The position numbers and the translations under genes are program-made. The notes below the pieces were generated by a model. The model made no database searches and had not been told where the DNA came from. It saw only the letters and a program-made list of their open reading frames with translations. From Candidatus Eiseniibacteriota bacterium (GTDB lineage: Bacteria > Eisenbacteria > RBG-16-71-46 > CAIMUX01 > VGJL01), in assembly GCA_963792585.1 (NCBI GenBank), contig CAWBWI010000006.1, positions 224,001 through 288,000 of the forward strand: DNA of 64,000 bases, in the 5' to 3' direction. Positions within the stretch are counted from its first letter, which is position 1; the number at the start of each line of letters is the position of its first letter. Positions 30,403-39,498 of this stretch are shown here, in pieces.

Positions 30403-31878
30403 TCAGTGATTCGTCCGCCGGAAGTCGATGTAGCCGTTCTCCACGTCCGTGTGGATCAACTGGACGCGGACCCGGTCGCCCACGTCGAGTCCCCCGGCAC
30501 CCTCCTCGATCCTTCCCTCGACCGGCGGGCTGAAGATGCGCGCCCAGGTTCCCTTGGGCGAGGCGCCGGTGACGACCCCTTCGAAGCGATCGCCGATGCG
30601 TCCTTCGAGCAGGAGCGCCGCGGCGGACTTGCTCACCAGCCGTTCGACCTTCTCCGCGTCGTTCTCCTTCTCGGTGCAGTGACGCGCGAGGGTGACCAGC
30701 TCGGCGTCGCTGTAAGGGGGCTTATCGCCGGCGAGCGCCGCCTTGATGAGCCGCTGTGTGATCAGGTCGGGAAAGCGCCGATTCGGGGCCGTCGAGTGCG
30801 AGTAGTCCCGCACGGCGAGACCAAAGTGGCCCACCGACGACTCGCCCGGCAGCTCCACCGAGTACTCGCCCCGGCCCATCAACTTGATGACGGCGAGGGA
30901 TAGATCGGGGAAACGGAGCGGGTCGGCGGTCCGGCGCTTCGCCAGGAAGCGGCCGAGTGCGATCGAGTCGGGTTCCGACGGGAGCTTCTCCCCCAGCGTG
31001 CCGGCAAGATCCACGATCCGCGCCCATCGATCGGGAGAGCGGACCACGCGCCGCAGCGAGGGGAACCCACGCGCCTGGAGGAACCGCGCGGTGACGCCGT
31101 TGGCGGCGATCATGAAGTCTTCGATGAGGTCCTTGGCGCGGTTCTTCTCCTCCGCGGTCAGGTCGGCGATCGTATCGCCGTCGAACACGGCGCGCGCCTC
31201 GATCGTCTGCAGATCCAGGGCGCCTTGCTCGTGCCGCGATTCCTTGAGGCGCTGGGCCACCTGGTCCTGGAGTCGCAGGTTCGCCTCGAGCCCGGGAACG
31301 GCCGCGATAGCGGCAGGCGCCGGCGCTTCGCCTTCGAGCCAGGCGCCGACGGCATTGTAGGCGAGCTTCGCATGATTGCGAACGAGGGCGCGGTATACGT
31401 CCGATCCCCGCACATTCCCGTCCGGGCCGACCGTGATCTCGACCACGACGGCGGCGCGGTCCTCGCCGTCGTTGAGCGACGTCAGATCCGTCGAGAGGCG
31501 CTCGGGCAGCATCGGAAAGATCTCCGCGGCGGTGTAGACGGAGGTTGTGTTGACCCGCGCGTGATCGTCGATCGCCGAGCCTTTGCGGACACGCGAATCG
31601 ACATCCGCGACGGCGATGAAGATCTTCGCCGCCCCACCGTCGAGCGCTTGGGCGACGGTCAACTGGTCGAGGTCCCGCGAGTTGTCGTTGTCGATCGACG
31701 CCCAGAGAAGGGAGCGCAGATCCTTCGCGCCCGCAGGAGGCTTCAGGGGTTCCCTCTCGATGATGGCCAACTCATCGAGCGATTCCGGAGAGAACTGGGG
31801 AAGGAGTCCCCGCTGCGCCATGACGCGCTGCGCGATCCTTTGGAGCCTCACACGATGGGAGATCTTGTGGTTGTTCAT
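30403..31878 (-). CDS. RNB-domain ribonuclease (RNase II/R family, short form with S1)
   Basis: SIDNDNSRDLDQ, LIEDFMIAAN, HFGLA..YSHSTAPNRRFPDL; start at ATG 31878 or 31893. Confidence 0.92.
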   Translation of the reverse strand: MNNHKISHRVRLQRIAQRVMAQRGLLPQFSPESLDELAIIEREPLKPPAGAKDLRSLLWASIDNDNSRDLDQLTVAQALDGGAAKIFIAVADVDSRVRKGSAIDDHARVNTTSVYTAAEIFPMLPERLSTDLTSLNDGEDRAAVVVEITVGPDGNVRGSDVYRALVRNHAKLAYNAVGAWLEGEAPAPAAIAAVPGLEANLRLQDQVAQRLKESRHEQGALDLQTIEARAVFDGDTIADLTAEEKNRAKDLIEDFMIAANGVTARFLQARGFPSLRRVVRSPDRWARIVDLAGTLGEKLPSEPDSIALGRFLAKRRTADPLRFPDLSLAVIKLMGRGEYSVELPGESSVGHFGLAVRDYSHSTAPNRRFPDLITQRLIKAALAGDKPPYSDAELVTLARHCTEKENDAEKVERLVSKSAAALLLEGRIGDRFEGVVTGASPKGTWARIFSPPVEGRIEEGAGGLDVGDRVRVQLIHTDVENGYIDFRRTNH

Positions 31879-31998
31879 GATTCCAATATACATCACGGAA
31901 CGGTCGGGCCGACTCGGCCCGGCCCGGAAACCGGAACCGCGCCCGCCCCGGATCGATCCGGGTCGGGCGCGGCCCATTCGGGGCGGCGGCTCCTTCGC

Positions 31999-32547
31999 TT
32001 ACCGTCCCGCCCAGCCCGCCGTGTAGCGCCCGAGGCGCCCGATCTGGGTAGCGAGCAGCAATCCCCGCGATCCCGGAGTGGCCCCGACGTCTACCCAGGC
32101 CTGCCCCTGGCTATCGAACCAGAGGATTGTATCGGGGAGAGGGGATGCCGACCGAATACCCCGCAGATCCACGAGCAGCGTGGCCGGGGTACCGAGGATC
32201 AAGTCGGAGGGGAAGATCTCGCACTCCATCGATCCGCCGACCTTGACCGTCTTGATGGTGACGAACGTGCTCTTCGCAACCGCTCCCGCCGGGAAACAGA
32301 TGGTGAAACGGCCGGTGCTGACGACGCCGCCGTAGTCGGCGGAGATCCAGCGGCTCACCCCCGTGCCGGGGCTGATCGCGCTTACGGTTCCGGAGAACGA
32401 CCTCATCGTTTCCGCCTGCACGGCGTTGTCCGGAGCCCCGATCCCGCCGACAGCAGGGTCCGCGGGCTGCGTGATGTCGCCGGAGCATGACGCAAGAAGA
32501 ACGAGACCGATGATCGACCCGCCTGCAATCCGCATGATGCGTTCCAC
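31999..32547 (-). CDS. Hypothetical lipoprotein (ZU5-like beta-sandwich)
   Basis: LLASC lipobox; GGVV..ICFPAGAV..VTI pattern; GGAGGT SD. Confidence 0.6.
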   Translation of the reverse strand: MERIMRIAGGSIIGLVLLASCSGDITQPADPAVGGIGAPDNAVQAETMRSFSGTVSAISPGTGVSRWISADYGGVVSTGRFTICFPAGAVAKSTFVTIKTVKVGGSMECEIFPSDLILGTPATLLVDLRGIRSASPLPDTILWFDSQGQAWVDVGATPGSRGLLLATQIGRLGRYTAGWAGR

Positions 32548-32588
32548 GGTGCACCTCCCCCGCCTTCACCGGCGGCAGGTACCCTTGA

Positions 32589-32604
32589 TGCAAGTCGGAT
32601 GCCA
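32589..32604 (-). promoter_or_regulatory. Sigma54 (-24/-12) promoter upstream of the lipoprotein gene
   Basis: Minus strand TGGCAT-CCGAC-TTGCA, exact GG-N10-GC spacing, about 40 nt before the start codon. Confidence 0.7.
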
Positions 32605-32915
32605 GCCGAGATGGCGCCACAATTGGCCGGAAAACAGGGGATTCTTGGAGCCCGCCCTGCGGCCTGCGCCGGAAATACCCCCCCTCAACGGGGCGGCGCC
32701 CCCCCAGCGTCGGATGCCCCATGGGGTTGACGCGGGGTGGCCGAACTCGCGCAGCCTGGGGATCCGCGCCCGCGCGCGCGGCCGTCGCGTCGTGCGAAAT
32801 CGCGATCGTCTTGCGGAATGCGTCGGCGATTCGATGGCCGCATGTCGCGGGCGACGACGCGCGCCGGAGCGCGAGCCAACTTCTCCAGGTGGTGGAGGAG
32901 AGATGTGACGGCTCC

Positions 32916-33293
32916 TCAGCGCCTCCAGGCCCAGACGGCGAGGGTCGCCCACCCGCCGATGAAGGCGAGCCCGCCGAGGGGGGTGATCGCGCCGAGCCAG
33001 CGCGCGCCCGAAAGCGAGAGCAGATAGAGGCTCCCCGAGAAGATCACGATCCCGAAGACAAACAGCCACCCCGCCGCATCGATCCACGGAGAACGGGGCG
33101 CGCTCCCCCGCAAGAGCCCCACGATCAACAGGGCGACGGCATGATAGACCTGATAGCGCACACCGGTCTCGTAGATCGCAAGGATCTGCGGACCGAGTCG
33201 ATCCCGCAGCGCGTGGGCGCCGAACGCGCCGAGGACGACGGCGAGCGCCGCCCCAACGCACCCGATTCCGAAGAACAACCGGTCCGGATTCAT
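32916..33293 (-). CDS. DUF423 (YgdD/TMEM256) family membrane protein
   Basis: LGAFGAHAL, YQVYHA, FSGSLY, LGAITPLGG; ATG 33293 with AAGGAG SD. Confidence 0.92.
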   Translation of the reverse strand: MNPDRLFFGIGCVGAALAVVLGAFGAHALRDRLGPQILAIYETGVRYQVYHAVALLIVGLLRGSAPRSPWIDAAGWLFVFGIVIFSGSLYLLSLSGARWLGAITPLGGLAFIGGWATLAVWAWRR

Positions 33294-33483
33294 GGAAACT
33301 CCTTGGGATGCGGATTCCTCCGCGACTTCCCTTGTCCCTGCCGTGCGGACCCGGCGCACGTGACGACTCCCGCTCGGCCGCCCGCGCTCGGTGTCCTAGA
33401 CTCCACGAGTCCGCTCCTATCAGAATCGCCGATGACCCGATGGCCGGCAACGGCTCGATAGGCGGAGACGCCGGAACGGAACC

Positions 33484-34620
33484 CTATCTCGAAGGCGGAT
33501 CGCTCCCCTGCGCTTCGAGGGCGGCCGTGCGCTCCACGAGGCTCGCCAACTCGACCACGTCGGGGTCGGTTCGCAACTCCTCGGCAAGCTGGCGCACCAT
33601 CGGAACGATGTCGGCGATCCGGTGATTCGCGCTCCACGGGGAACGCCTCAGGATCTCTCCGAACTCCGCCACGGCCGCATCGAGCCGCAGCCTCGCCGGA
33701 GCGGTCGCGAAGAGGGGATGGAGATCCGTGGTCGCGAGCTGCGCGGTGAGCGGCTTCGCGGGCTCCTCGTCGGGGCGGGCGTGGTCGACCCGCACGTTCA
33801 GGATCCGTCCAGGCGTCCTGCGTTTGGACAGGCGAACCTCGTACAAAGCGGTCACCTGGTGACCGGCGACGATCGTCCGGCCGTCCCGACGACCGTCCCC
33901 CGCCGCAAGTCTGGTGTCGAAGCCGAGCAGCCGGTGCGCGACCACGACCCGCGGGTCGAACGAGACGCGGACGCGCGCGTTGCGCGCGATCACCGCACCC
34001 GAGTCGGCCGCCCCACCGCGAGCGCGCAGGCCGACGCGCACGAGCTGGCAATCGTCCCCGAACGGTGAGGGGGCGCCGTCGAGGAAGATTCCAAAATCCT
34101 CTCCCCTGACCTCGGGATAGCCTTGGCGGAACGCGTTGACGAACTCCTCCACCCGAACGACATCGGGCGGCGGCCACGCGCCCTTCTCGATGTACTTCCG
34201 GGTGATCGCATAGCCGGCCTCATCGACATCGAAGGCGAATGTCGAGAGAGAGTCCTTCTTGGTTTCCGCGAACGCCTGCGCCCCTCCGGGCGCACGGTAG
34301 ACGATTCGATCGCTGCCGGGGCGGGCGCCGACGTCGATCTGACCCGCCGAGGCCGGGCCCGAAGGGATCGCGATCTTCCCGTAGGGAACGATCTCCACCG
34401 ATTTCTCACGCTCCCGTCTCTCCCGAACTTCCTTTCGTTCGGTGATCATGACCGCGGCCACCGCCACGACGACCACCGCGAGAGAGAAGGAGACCGTCCA
34501 GCGCCGGACCGTGGTCTCGCGGCGCGCCTGCGCCGCTCCGGGCCGCAGCTGTTCCCACAACCGTCTCCGCTCGGCCGGCGACAGGCGATCCTGGTGTCGG
34601 TCCAACTGGTCTTTCATCAT
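33484..34620 (-). CDS. Membrane-anchored YfbK-like protein (vWF_A N-part + DUF3520) lacking the central VWA domain; putative anti-sigma
   Basis: STFAFDVDEAGY..VRVEEFVNAF, AGHQVTALYEV, AAVAEFGEILR; single TM; ATGATGA overlap with the sigma stop. Confidence 0.78.
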   Translation of the reverse strand: MMKDQLDRHQDRLSPAERRRLWEQLRPGAAQARRETTVRRWTVSFSLAVVVVAVAAVMITERKEVRERREREKSVEIVPYGKIAIPSGPASAGQIDVGARPGSDRIVYRAPGGAQAFAETKKDSLSTFAFDVDEAGYAITRKYIEKGAWPPPDVVRVEEFVNAFRQGYPEVRGEDFGIFLDGAPSPFGDDCQLVRVGLRARGGAADSGAVIARNARVRVSFDPRVVVAHRLLGFDTRLAAGDGRRDGRTIVAGHQVTALYEVRLSKRRTPGRILNVRVDHARPDEEPAKPLTAQLATTDLHPLFATAPARLRLDAAVAEFGEILRRSPWSANHRIADIVPMVRQLAEELRTDPDVVELASLVERTAALEAQGSDPPSR

Positions 34621-35204
34621 CCCGGTCCCTCCGCCAGCTCGGCGCGGAACATCGGCTGCTCGCCGAGCAGCTTGCGCATCCGCGCGCGGGCCCGCGTGTG
34701 GTGGACACGCGCCGTCGATTCGTTGCAGCCCAATGCGCCGGCGATTTCGCGGAAGCTCCAACCCTCCCACTCGCGCAGCAAGAGGGCGGCCCGTTGCATC
34801 GACGAGAGGGATCGAAGCGCGGAATCGAGCACCGCGCGCTCGGCATCGCCGTGGATCTCCGCCGCCGGTGGATCGACTCTCGCGGTCGTCTCCGCGAGCG
34901 CCACCGTCCGCTTCAGCCTCCTCAGCGTCGTTCGCTTCCAATCGATCGCCTTGCGCAAGGCGATCCTCCGCAGCCAGACCTCGATCGGCGCATCTCCGCG
35001 ATAGGCCGACAGCCGCCGGAAGGCGCCGAGGTAAGTCTCTTGAAGCAGATCCAGGGCCTCTTCCCGGTTCCCGACCTGAAAGCGGAGGAGCGCGAAGAGC
35101 CGGTCGGAGGTGCGTTCGAAGATCTCCCGCCAGGCCGGCTCGTCCCCCGCCGCCGCCCGCCGCGCAAGCTCCCGATCCGCCGTGCAATCGACCTGTTCCG
35201 GCAC
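34617..35204 (-). CDS. ECF RNA polymerase sigma factor
   Basis: DLLQETYL..WLRRIA region 2; LLREWEGWSFREIAGALG region 4. Confidence 0.92.
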   Translation of the reverse strand: MPEQVDCTADRELARRAAAGDEPAWREIFERTSDRLFALLRFQVGNREEALDLLQETYLGAFRRLSAYRGDAPIEVWLRRIALRKAIDWKRTTLRRLKRTVALAETTARVDPPAAEIHGDAERAVLDSALRSLSSMQRAALLLREWEGWSFREIAGALGCNESTARVHHTRARARMRKLLGEQPMFRAELAEGPG

Positions 35205-35448
35205 CGACGTACCCCGCCTTTGATCCTGAGGACGCGTGAAGGCAACGATTCGCTTACATCGATCCTACCCCGGCCCGGGGATCGACGCGCCCAGGATGTG
35301 GCCCGACCGCCATCCCGAGGTCGTCTCGACGTCGTCCAGGGCGCCGACCCAACGCCGTCCAGCGCGATTCTCATCGAACCCCACAGATCGCCTGTAGCGA
35401 ATCGAGCGACGCGCGCGTCCTTGGTTTTGAACCGAGAGGAGGTGCCCC

Positions 35449-36210
35449 ATGAAACTGAGGAATCCAAACGCGGCGGCTCTCGCGTTTACGCATGCGCCGC
35501 ACCTGCCGATCGTCGGCGACCTGCACCCGCTCCGCGCGCAGTACCATCCCATGCTCTACCGGGCGCTCGGCTTCGCCCTCTTCGTCCACCTTGCGGTCTT
35601 CAGCGGGATTCTGCTCGCATCGCTCCGTCGTCCGCTCCCGCCTCCGGAGCGGACGATCGTGGTGCATTGGGAGCGTTTCCTGCCGCCCGCTCCCATCGAC
35701 ATTGGAAGAACCGCCCGGCAATCGATCAATCCGGTCCCCTCGGTGACAAAACTGGAATTCGCGGCGCCGGAATTTGTGCCCGACTTCCGCGTCGATCCGG
35801 GTGTCACCTTCGGCGGCCCCGAGGATCTTCCTCTCAACCCGCTCGATCCGGGCGCCGGCGGCGGCGATGGGGACGTCCAGATCGTGGTCGATATCCCGGC
35901 CGCCCTGCCCACGGGGAACTTGACGCCCACGACCATCGAGCGCAGCGAGGAGATGCCGGTTCTGATCAGCATGCCCGCCCCGACATATCCGGATCTTGCC
36001 CGACAGGCCGGAGTGGAGGGGACCGTGACGCTTCGCGCGCTCGTCGGCAAGGACGGAAAGGTCCTCGAGATCTTCGTCGTCGAAGGAATCGAGATGCTCG
36101 ACAAGGCGGCGATGGAGGCGGCGCGCGCGGCGGTGTTCAAGCCCGCGCTCCAGCAGCACAAGCCGGTGGCCGTCTGGGTCCTGATCCCGATGCAGTTCAC
36201 GCTCCACTGA
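35449..36210 (+). CDS. tonB: Energy transducer TonB
   Basis: N-terminal TM with His, Pro-rich linker, PTYPDLARQAGVEGTV..FKPA TonB_C. Confidence 0.88.
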   Translation: MKLRNPNAAALAFTHAPHLPIVGDLHPLRAQYHPMLYRALGFALFVHLAVFSGILLASLRRPLPPPERTIVVHWERFLPPAPIDIGRTARQSINPVPSVTKLEFAAPEFVPDFRVDPGVTFGGPEDLPLNPLDPGAGGGDGDVQIVVDIPAALPTGNLTPTTIERSEEMPVLISMPAPTYPDLARQAGVEGTVTLRALVGKDGKVLEIFVVEGIEMLDKAAMEAARAAVFKPALQQHKPVAVWVLIPMQFTLH

Positions 36211-36328
36211 TCGCGCGGCCGGGGAAGCAACCGGGTCCCCGGCCGAACTTCTCCTGGAACCCGCTCGATTCACCTTGCTAGCATCCCCTTCTGGAGTCGG
36301 CATACACGAGGGGGGCACCAACACGACC

Positions 36329-38542
36329 ATGCGGCACACCCTTCTGCGAATCCTGCTTTTCTCGCTCTTGGCCTGCGCCCCCGCGACCGCCGCTACCGTG
36401 AGCGGTTTTGTTCGCGGCGCGGACAACGGCGAGGCCCTCGCATACGCCAACATATGGATTGTGGGTACGAATTCCGGCGCGGTGACCAACCAGAAGGGCT
36501 TCTACGTCATCACGGGCATCGCCCCCGGATCCTACAAGATCACCTTCACCTACATCGGTTACCGACCCGAGACCCGTCCCCTCTCGATCGTCTCGAACGA
36601 CGAGATCACCCTCACGATCGAGATGCAGCCGCAAGCGGTCCAGATGGAGGCGGTGGAGATCCAGGCTGACAAGAATGAGGTGACGATCGAACCGAGCCGC
36701 CTGTCGATGCAGACGCGCCAGCTCACCAAGGTTCCGACCATCGCGGAAGTCGACCTGTTTCGAGCGGTGCAGACGCTGCCCGGGGTGAGCACGCTCTCCG
36801 ACTTCTCGGCGGGCCTCTACGTGCGCGGTGGAAGCCCCGATCAGAACCTGATCCTCCTGGACGACATCGACGTCTACAACCCGAGCCACCTCTTCGGCTT
36901 CTTCAGCACCTTCAACGTCGATGCGGTCAAGACGGTCGACCTGCAGAAATCCGGATATCCGGCCCGCTACGGCGGCCGTCTTTCCTCGCTCCTCGATGTC
37001 CACAACCGGGACGGGAACCGCAAGGAATTCCAGGGAGTGGTCCGATCGAGCATCATCGCGTCGAGCGCGACGCTCGAGGGGCCGTGGAACCGCGGATCGT
37101 GGATGGTCTCCGGCCGGCACACGTACATCGAACCGCTCGCCCGGAGCTTCGGCATCGACCTTCCCTACAAGTTCTATGACGTGCACGGGAAGTTCAATTA
37201 CGACGCCGGCGTGAACGACCGTACGAGCCTCAGCTACTACACGGGGAAGGACCGGCTCGACTGGGAGCAGTCCGGGCTGGACATCATCCTCGACTGGGGA
37301 AACGACACCTGGAGCGCGCAGTGGACGCATATTTTCGACACGCGGACATTCAGCCATTTCGTGATCGGTCACAGCAACTTCGACTCCCACGCGGAGTTCG
37401 CCTTCCAGGACTTCGCCTTCAAGACGAACAACCGAATCGACGATCTCTCCTTCAAAGGAAACCTCTCGCATGCCCCTTCCGCGGAACACCTGATCGAGTT
37501 CGGGGCGGAGTCGAAGCTCCTCGACTTCCGCTTCCGCCGCGAGGCGGGCGAGGAAGACCAGCTGACCTTCACGTACGACGGTTTCTACGGCGCCTTCTAC
37601 GCGCAGGACAGCTGGAAGCTTTCCCCCGCCTGGCAACTGCAGGGCGGCCTTCGGCTCGACTACTACTCCAAGGGGGAATACTTCCGGCTCGGGCCGCGCC
37701 TTTCCGCGCGCCGGCGCCTGAGGGAACTCGCATCGGTTCATGCAGCCTACGGCCGCTACAGCCAGTTCCTGAACCTCGTCGCGCAGGAAGGGGCGAGCTT
37801 CGCCGACATGTGGTTCCCGGTCGACAAGACGCTCGCTCCGGGAGGAGCGGATCACTACATCTTGGGCCTCGAACTCGGGCCGTACGAGCAATTCGACCTT
37901 TCGATCGAGGGCTACTACAAGCCGTACCGGAACATGGTCGAGTTCAGCGAGGAGTTCACGCGTTCCCTCATCACACCGGACGCCACCGTCGGAGAGCTGT
38001 TCAACTCGGGAACCGGCCGCGCCTACGGGCTCGATATCTACCTGCGAAACCAGATGAAGCGAGCCGACGGATGGATCGGATACGCCTTCGGCTCCACACG
38101 CAGGAAGATCCGAGGGTACAACTTCGACCGCACCTACTACCCGGACTACGATCGTCGGCACCAGTTCGTCGCCATGCAGGACTTCCCCCTTGGGTCGCGC
38201 TGGAAATGGAATCTGGCATTTCGATACGGAACCGGACAGCCGACCACGCTGGCGGCGGGGCGTTACACGGTTCGAGATATCAATGGGCGCCTCTACGACG
38301 TCGTCCTGGACGGCGACAAGAACTCGACCCGGCTTCCCGATTACGTCCGGATCGATCTGGGCCTCTCCTATCATCGTCCGTTCCGGGGCTGGAGCATCGA
38401 GCCGAACCTGCAGATCATCAACATCCTCAATCGGAAGAACGTCTACATCCGCGCCTACGACCTGACGAAGAACCCGGCCGAGTTCGATGACATCAACCAA
38501 CTCCCGTTCCTGCCGACCCTCGGCATCAACGTGCACTTCTAG
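36329..38542 (+). CDS. TonB-dependent receptor with N-terminal carboxypeptidase-regulatory-like domain
   Basis: LYVRGGSPDQNLILLD..YNPSHLFGFFSTFN, ARYGGRLSS plug motifs; terminal F. Confidence 0.93.
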   Translation: MRHTLLRILLFSLLACAPATAATVSGFVRGADNGEALAYANIWIVGTNSGAVTNQKGFYVITGIAPGSYKITFTYIGYRPETRPLSIVSNDEITLTIEMQPQAVQMEAVEIQADKNEVTIEPSRLSMQTRQLTKVPTIAEVDLFRAVQTLPGVSTLSDFSAGLYVRGGSPDQNLILLDDIDVYNPSHLFGFFSTFNVDAVKTVDLQKSGYPARYGGRLSSLLDVHNRDGNRKEFQGVVRSSIIASSATLEGPWNRGSWMVSGRHTYIEPLARSFGIDLPYKFYDVHGKFNYDAGVNDRTSLSYYTGKDRLDWEQSGLDIILDWGNDTWSAQWTHIFDTRTFSHFVIGHSNFDSHAEFAFQDFAFKTNNRIDDLSFKGNLSHAPSAEHLIEFGAESKLLDFRFRREAGEEDQLTFTYDGFYGAFYAQDSWKLSPAWQLQGGLRLDYYSKGEYFRLGPRLSARRRLRELASVHAAYGRYSQFLNLVAQEGASFADMWFPVDKTLAPGGADHYILGLELGPYEQFDLSIEGYYKPYRNMVEFSEEFTRSLITPDATVGELFNSGTGRAYGLDIYLRNQMKRADGWIGYAFGSTRRKIRGYNFDRTYYPDYDRRHQFVAMQDFPLGSRWKWNLAFRYGTGQPTTLAAGRYTVRDINGRLYDVVLDGDKNSTRLPDYVRIDLGLSYHRPFRGWSIEPNLQIINILNRKNVYIRAYDLTKNPAEFDDINQLPFLPTLGINVHF

Positions 38543-38552
38543 GGAGGGCGCC

Positions 38553-39419
38553 ATGCGAATCGACAATGGACCGAAACTCGCCGCCCTCCTTTTTGCGATG
38601 GCGATCACGCTGAGCGGTTGCGGCGGGAACTCGACCCGTCCCAAGCAGCGGGACGAGGTCGCCCTGTTCGGCTACCTCTACGTGGGCGAATCGATCGTCG
38701 ACAGCAACGCCGTCTATCTCACCCGCACGGCGGGAATTGATCAGTACTACGACCGGGAGGACGCGGCGGTGACGGGAGCCACGGTCAGCCTACGGAACGA
38801 GGCGAACGGGGCCGTCGACACGCTCCGGATGGTCGGCCCCGGACTGTATGCGAATCCGGCGGTGACGATTCTCCCACGCACCACCTACACACTGACCGCG
38901 GAAGTCGGCGGCGGAAAGGTGATCACGGCGATCACGACCACCCCACCTCCGTTCGAGATCATCGCGGCGCCGCGGGAGATCCCCGGCGAGATGGAGCAGG
39001 CGTCCATCCCCGATTCGTTCCCGATCATTCTCCAATGCGACGATCCGGAGCAGATCTTGATCGTCGACGTCTATTGCCTGGAGGATTGGCGCGATGCGAT
39101 TTCGATCCACCCGTTCGGAGACGATGACAGGCCGAACGACTACCAGGAATACGGAGGGGACGACGGCGAGCCTCGACACATCTTCGCCTATTTTCGCGCC
39201 AAGGACATCGACCACGAGGGGGATGCCTACCGGATCAGTTTCTACGGCGACATGATGTGGTTCTACGGGCGCCAGCAGGTCGGGGTCTTCGCGATCGATG
39301 CGAACTACTACAACTACGTCTACCGGGATCATCCGGAACTCAACGGCGGGGTCACCGGCGGCATCGGCGTCTTCGGCTCCGCGTGCCGCCGCCAGTACCT
39401 CGTGAGGGCGGTGAGGTAG
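38553..39419 (+). CDS. DUF4249-like lipoprotein (TBDR partner)
   Basis: LSGC lipobox; C-terminal GGIGVFGS; directly after the TBDR. Confidence 0.75.
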   Translation: MRIDNGPKLAALLFAMAITLSGCGGNSTRPKQRDEVALFGYLYVGESIVDSNAVYLTRTAGIDQYYDREDAAVTGATVSLRNEANGAVDTLRMVGPGLYANPAVTILPRTTYTLTAEVGGGKVITAITTTPPPFEIIAAPREIPGEMEQASIPDSFPIILQCDDPEQILIVDVYCLEDWRDAISIHPFGDDDRPNDYQEYGGDDGEPRHIFAYFRAKDIDHEGDAYRISFYGDMMWFYGRQQVGVFAIDANYYNYVYRDHPELNGGVTGGIGVFGSACRRQYLVRAVR

Positions 39420-39435
39420 GCGACTGCCTTGCGAC

Positions 39436-39469
39436 AACGACCGGTCCCGCCAAAGCGGGCCCGGTCGTT
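39436..39469. terminator. Hairpin terminator between convergent genes
   Basis: AACGACCGG.CCCGC-caaa-GCGGG.CCGGTCGTT followed by TCCTT. Confidence 0.65.
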
Positions 39470-39498
39470 TCCTTCATATCCCTGCAAGCAGCCGCAGT

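Noticed and set aside
34621..35187. N-terminal 189 aa of the 567-aa ORF
   Set aside because: Alternate frame over the ECF sigma gene; the real start is the ATGATGA overlap at 34620.
35231..35258. Autoregulatory ECF promoter TGTAAG..CGTC for the first sigma
   Set aside because: The spacer is 18 nt and the -35 is imperfect; plausible but too weak to call.
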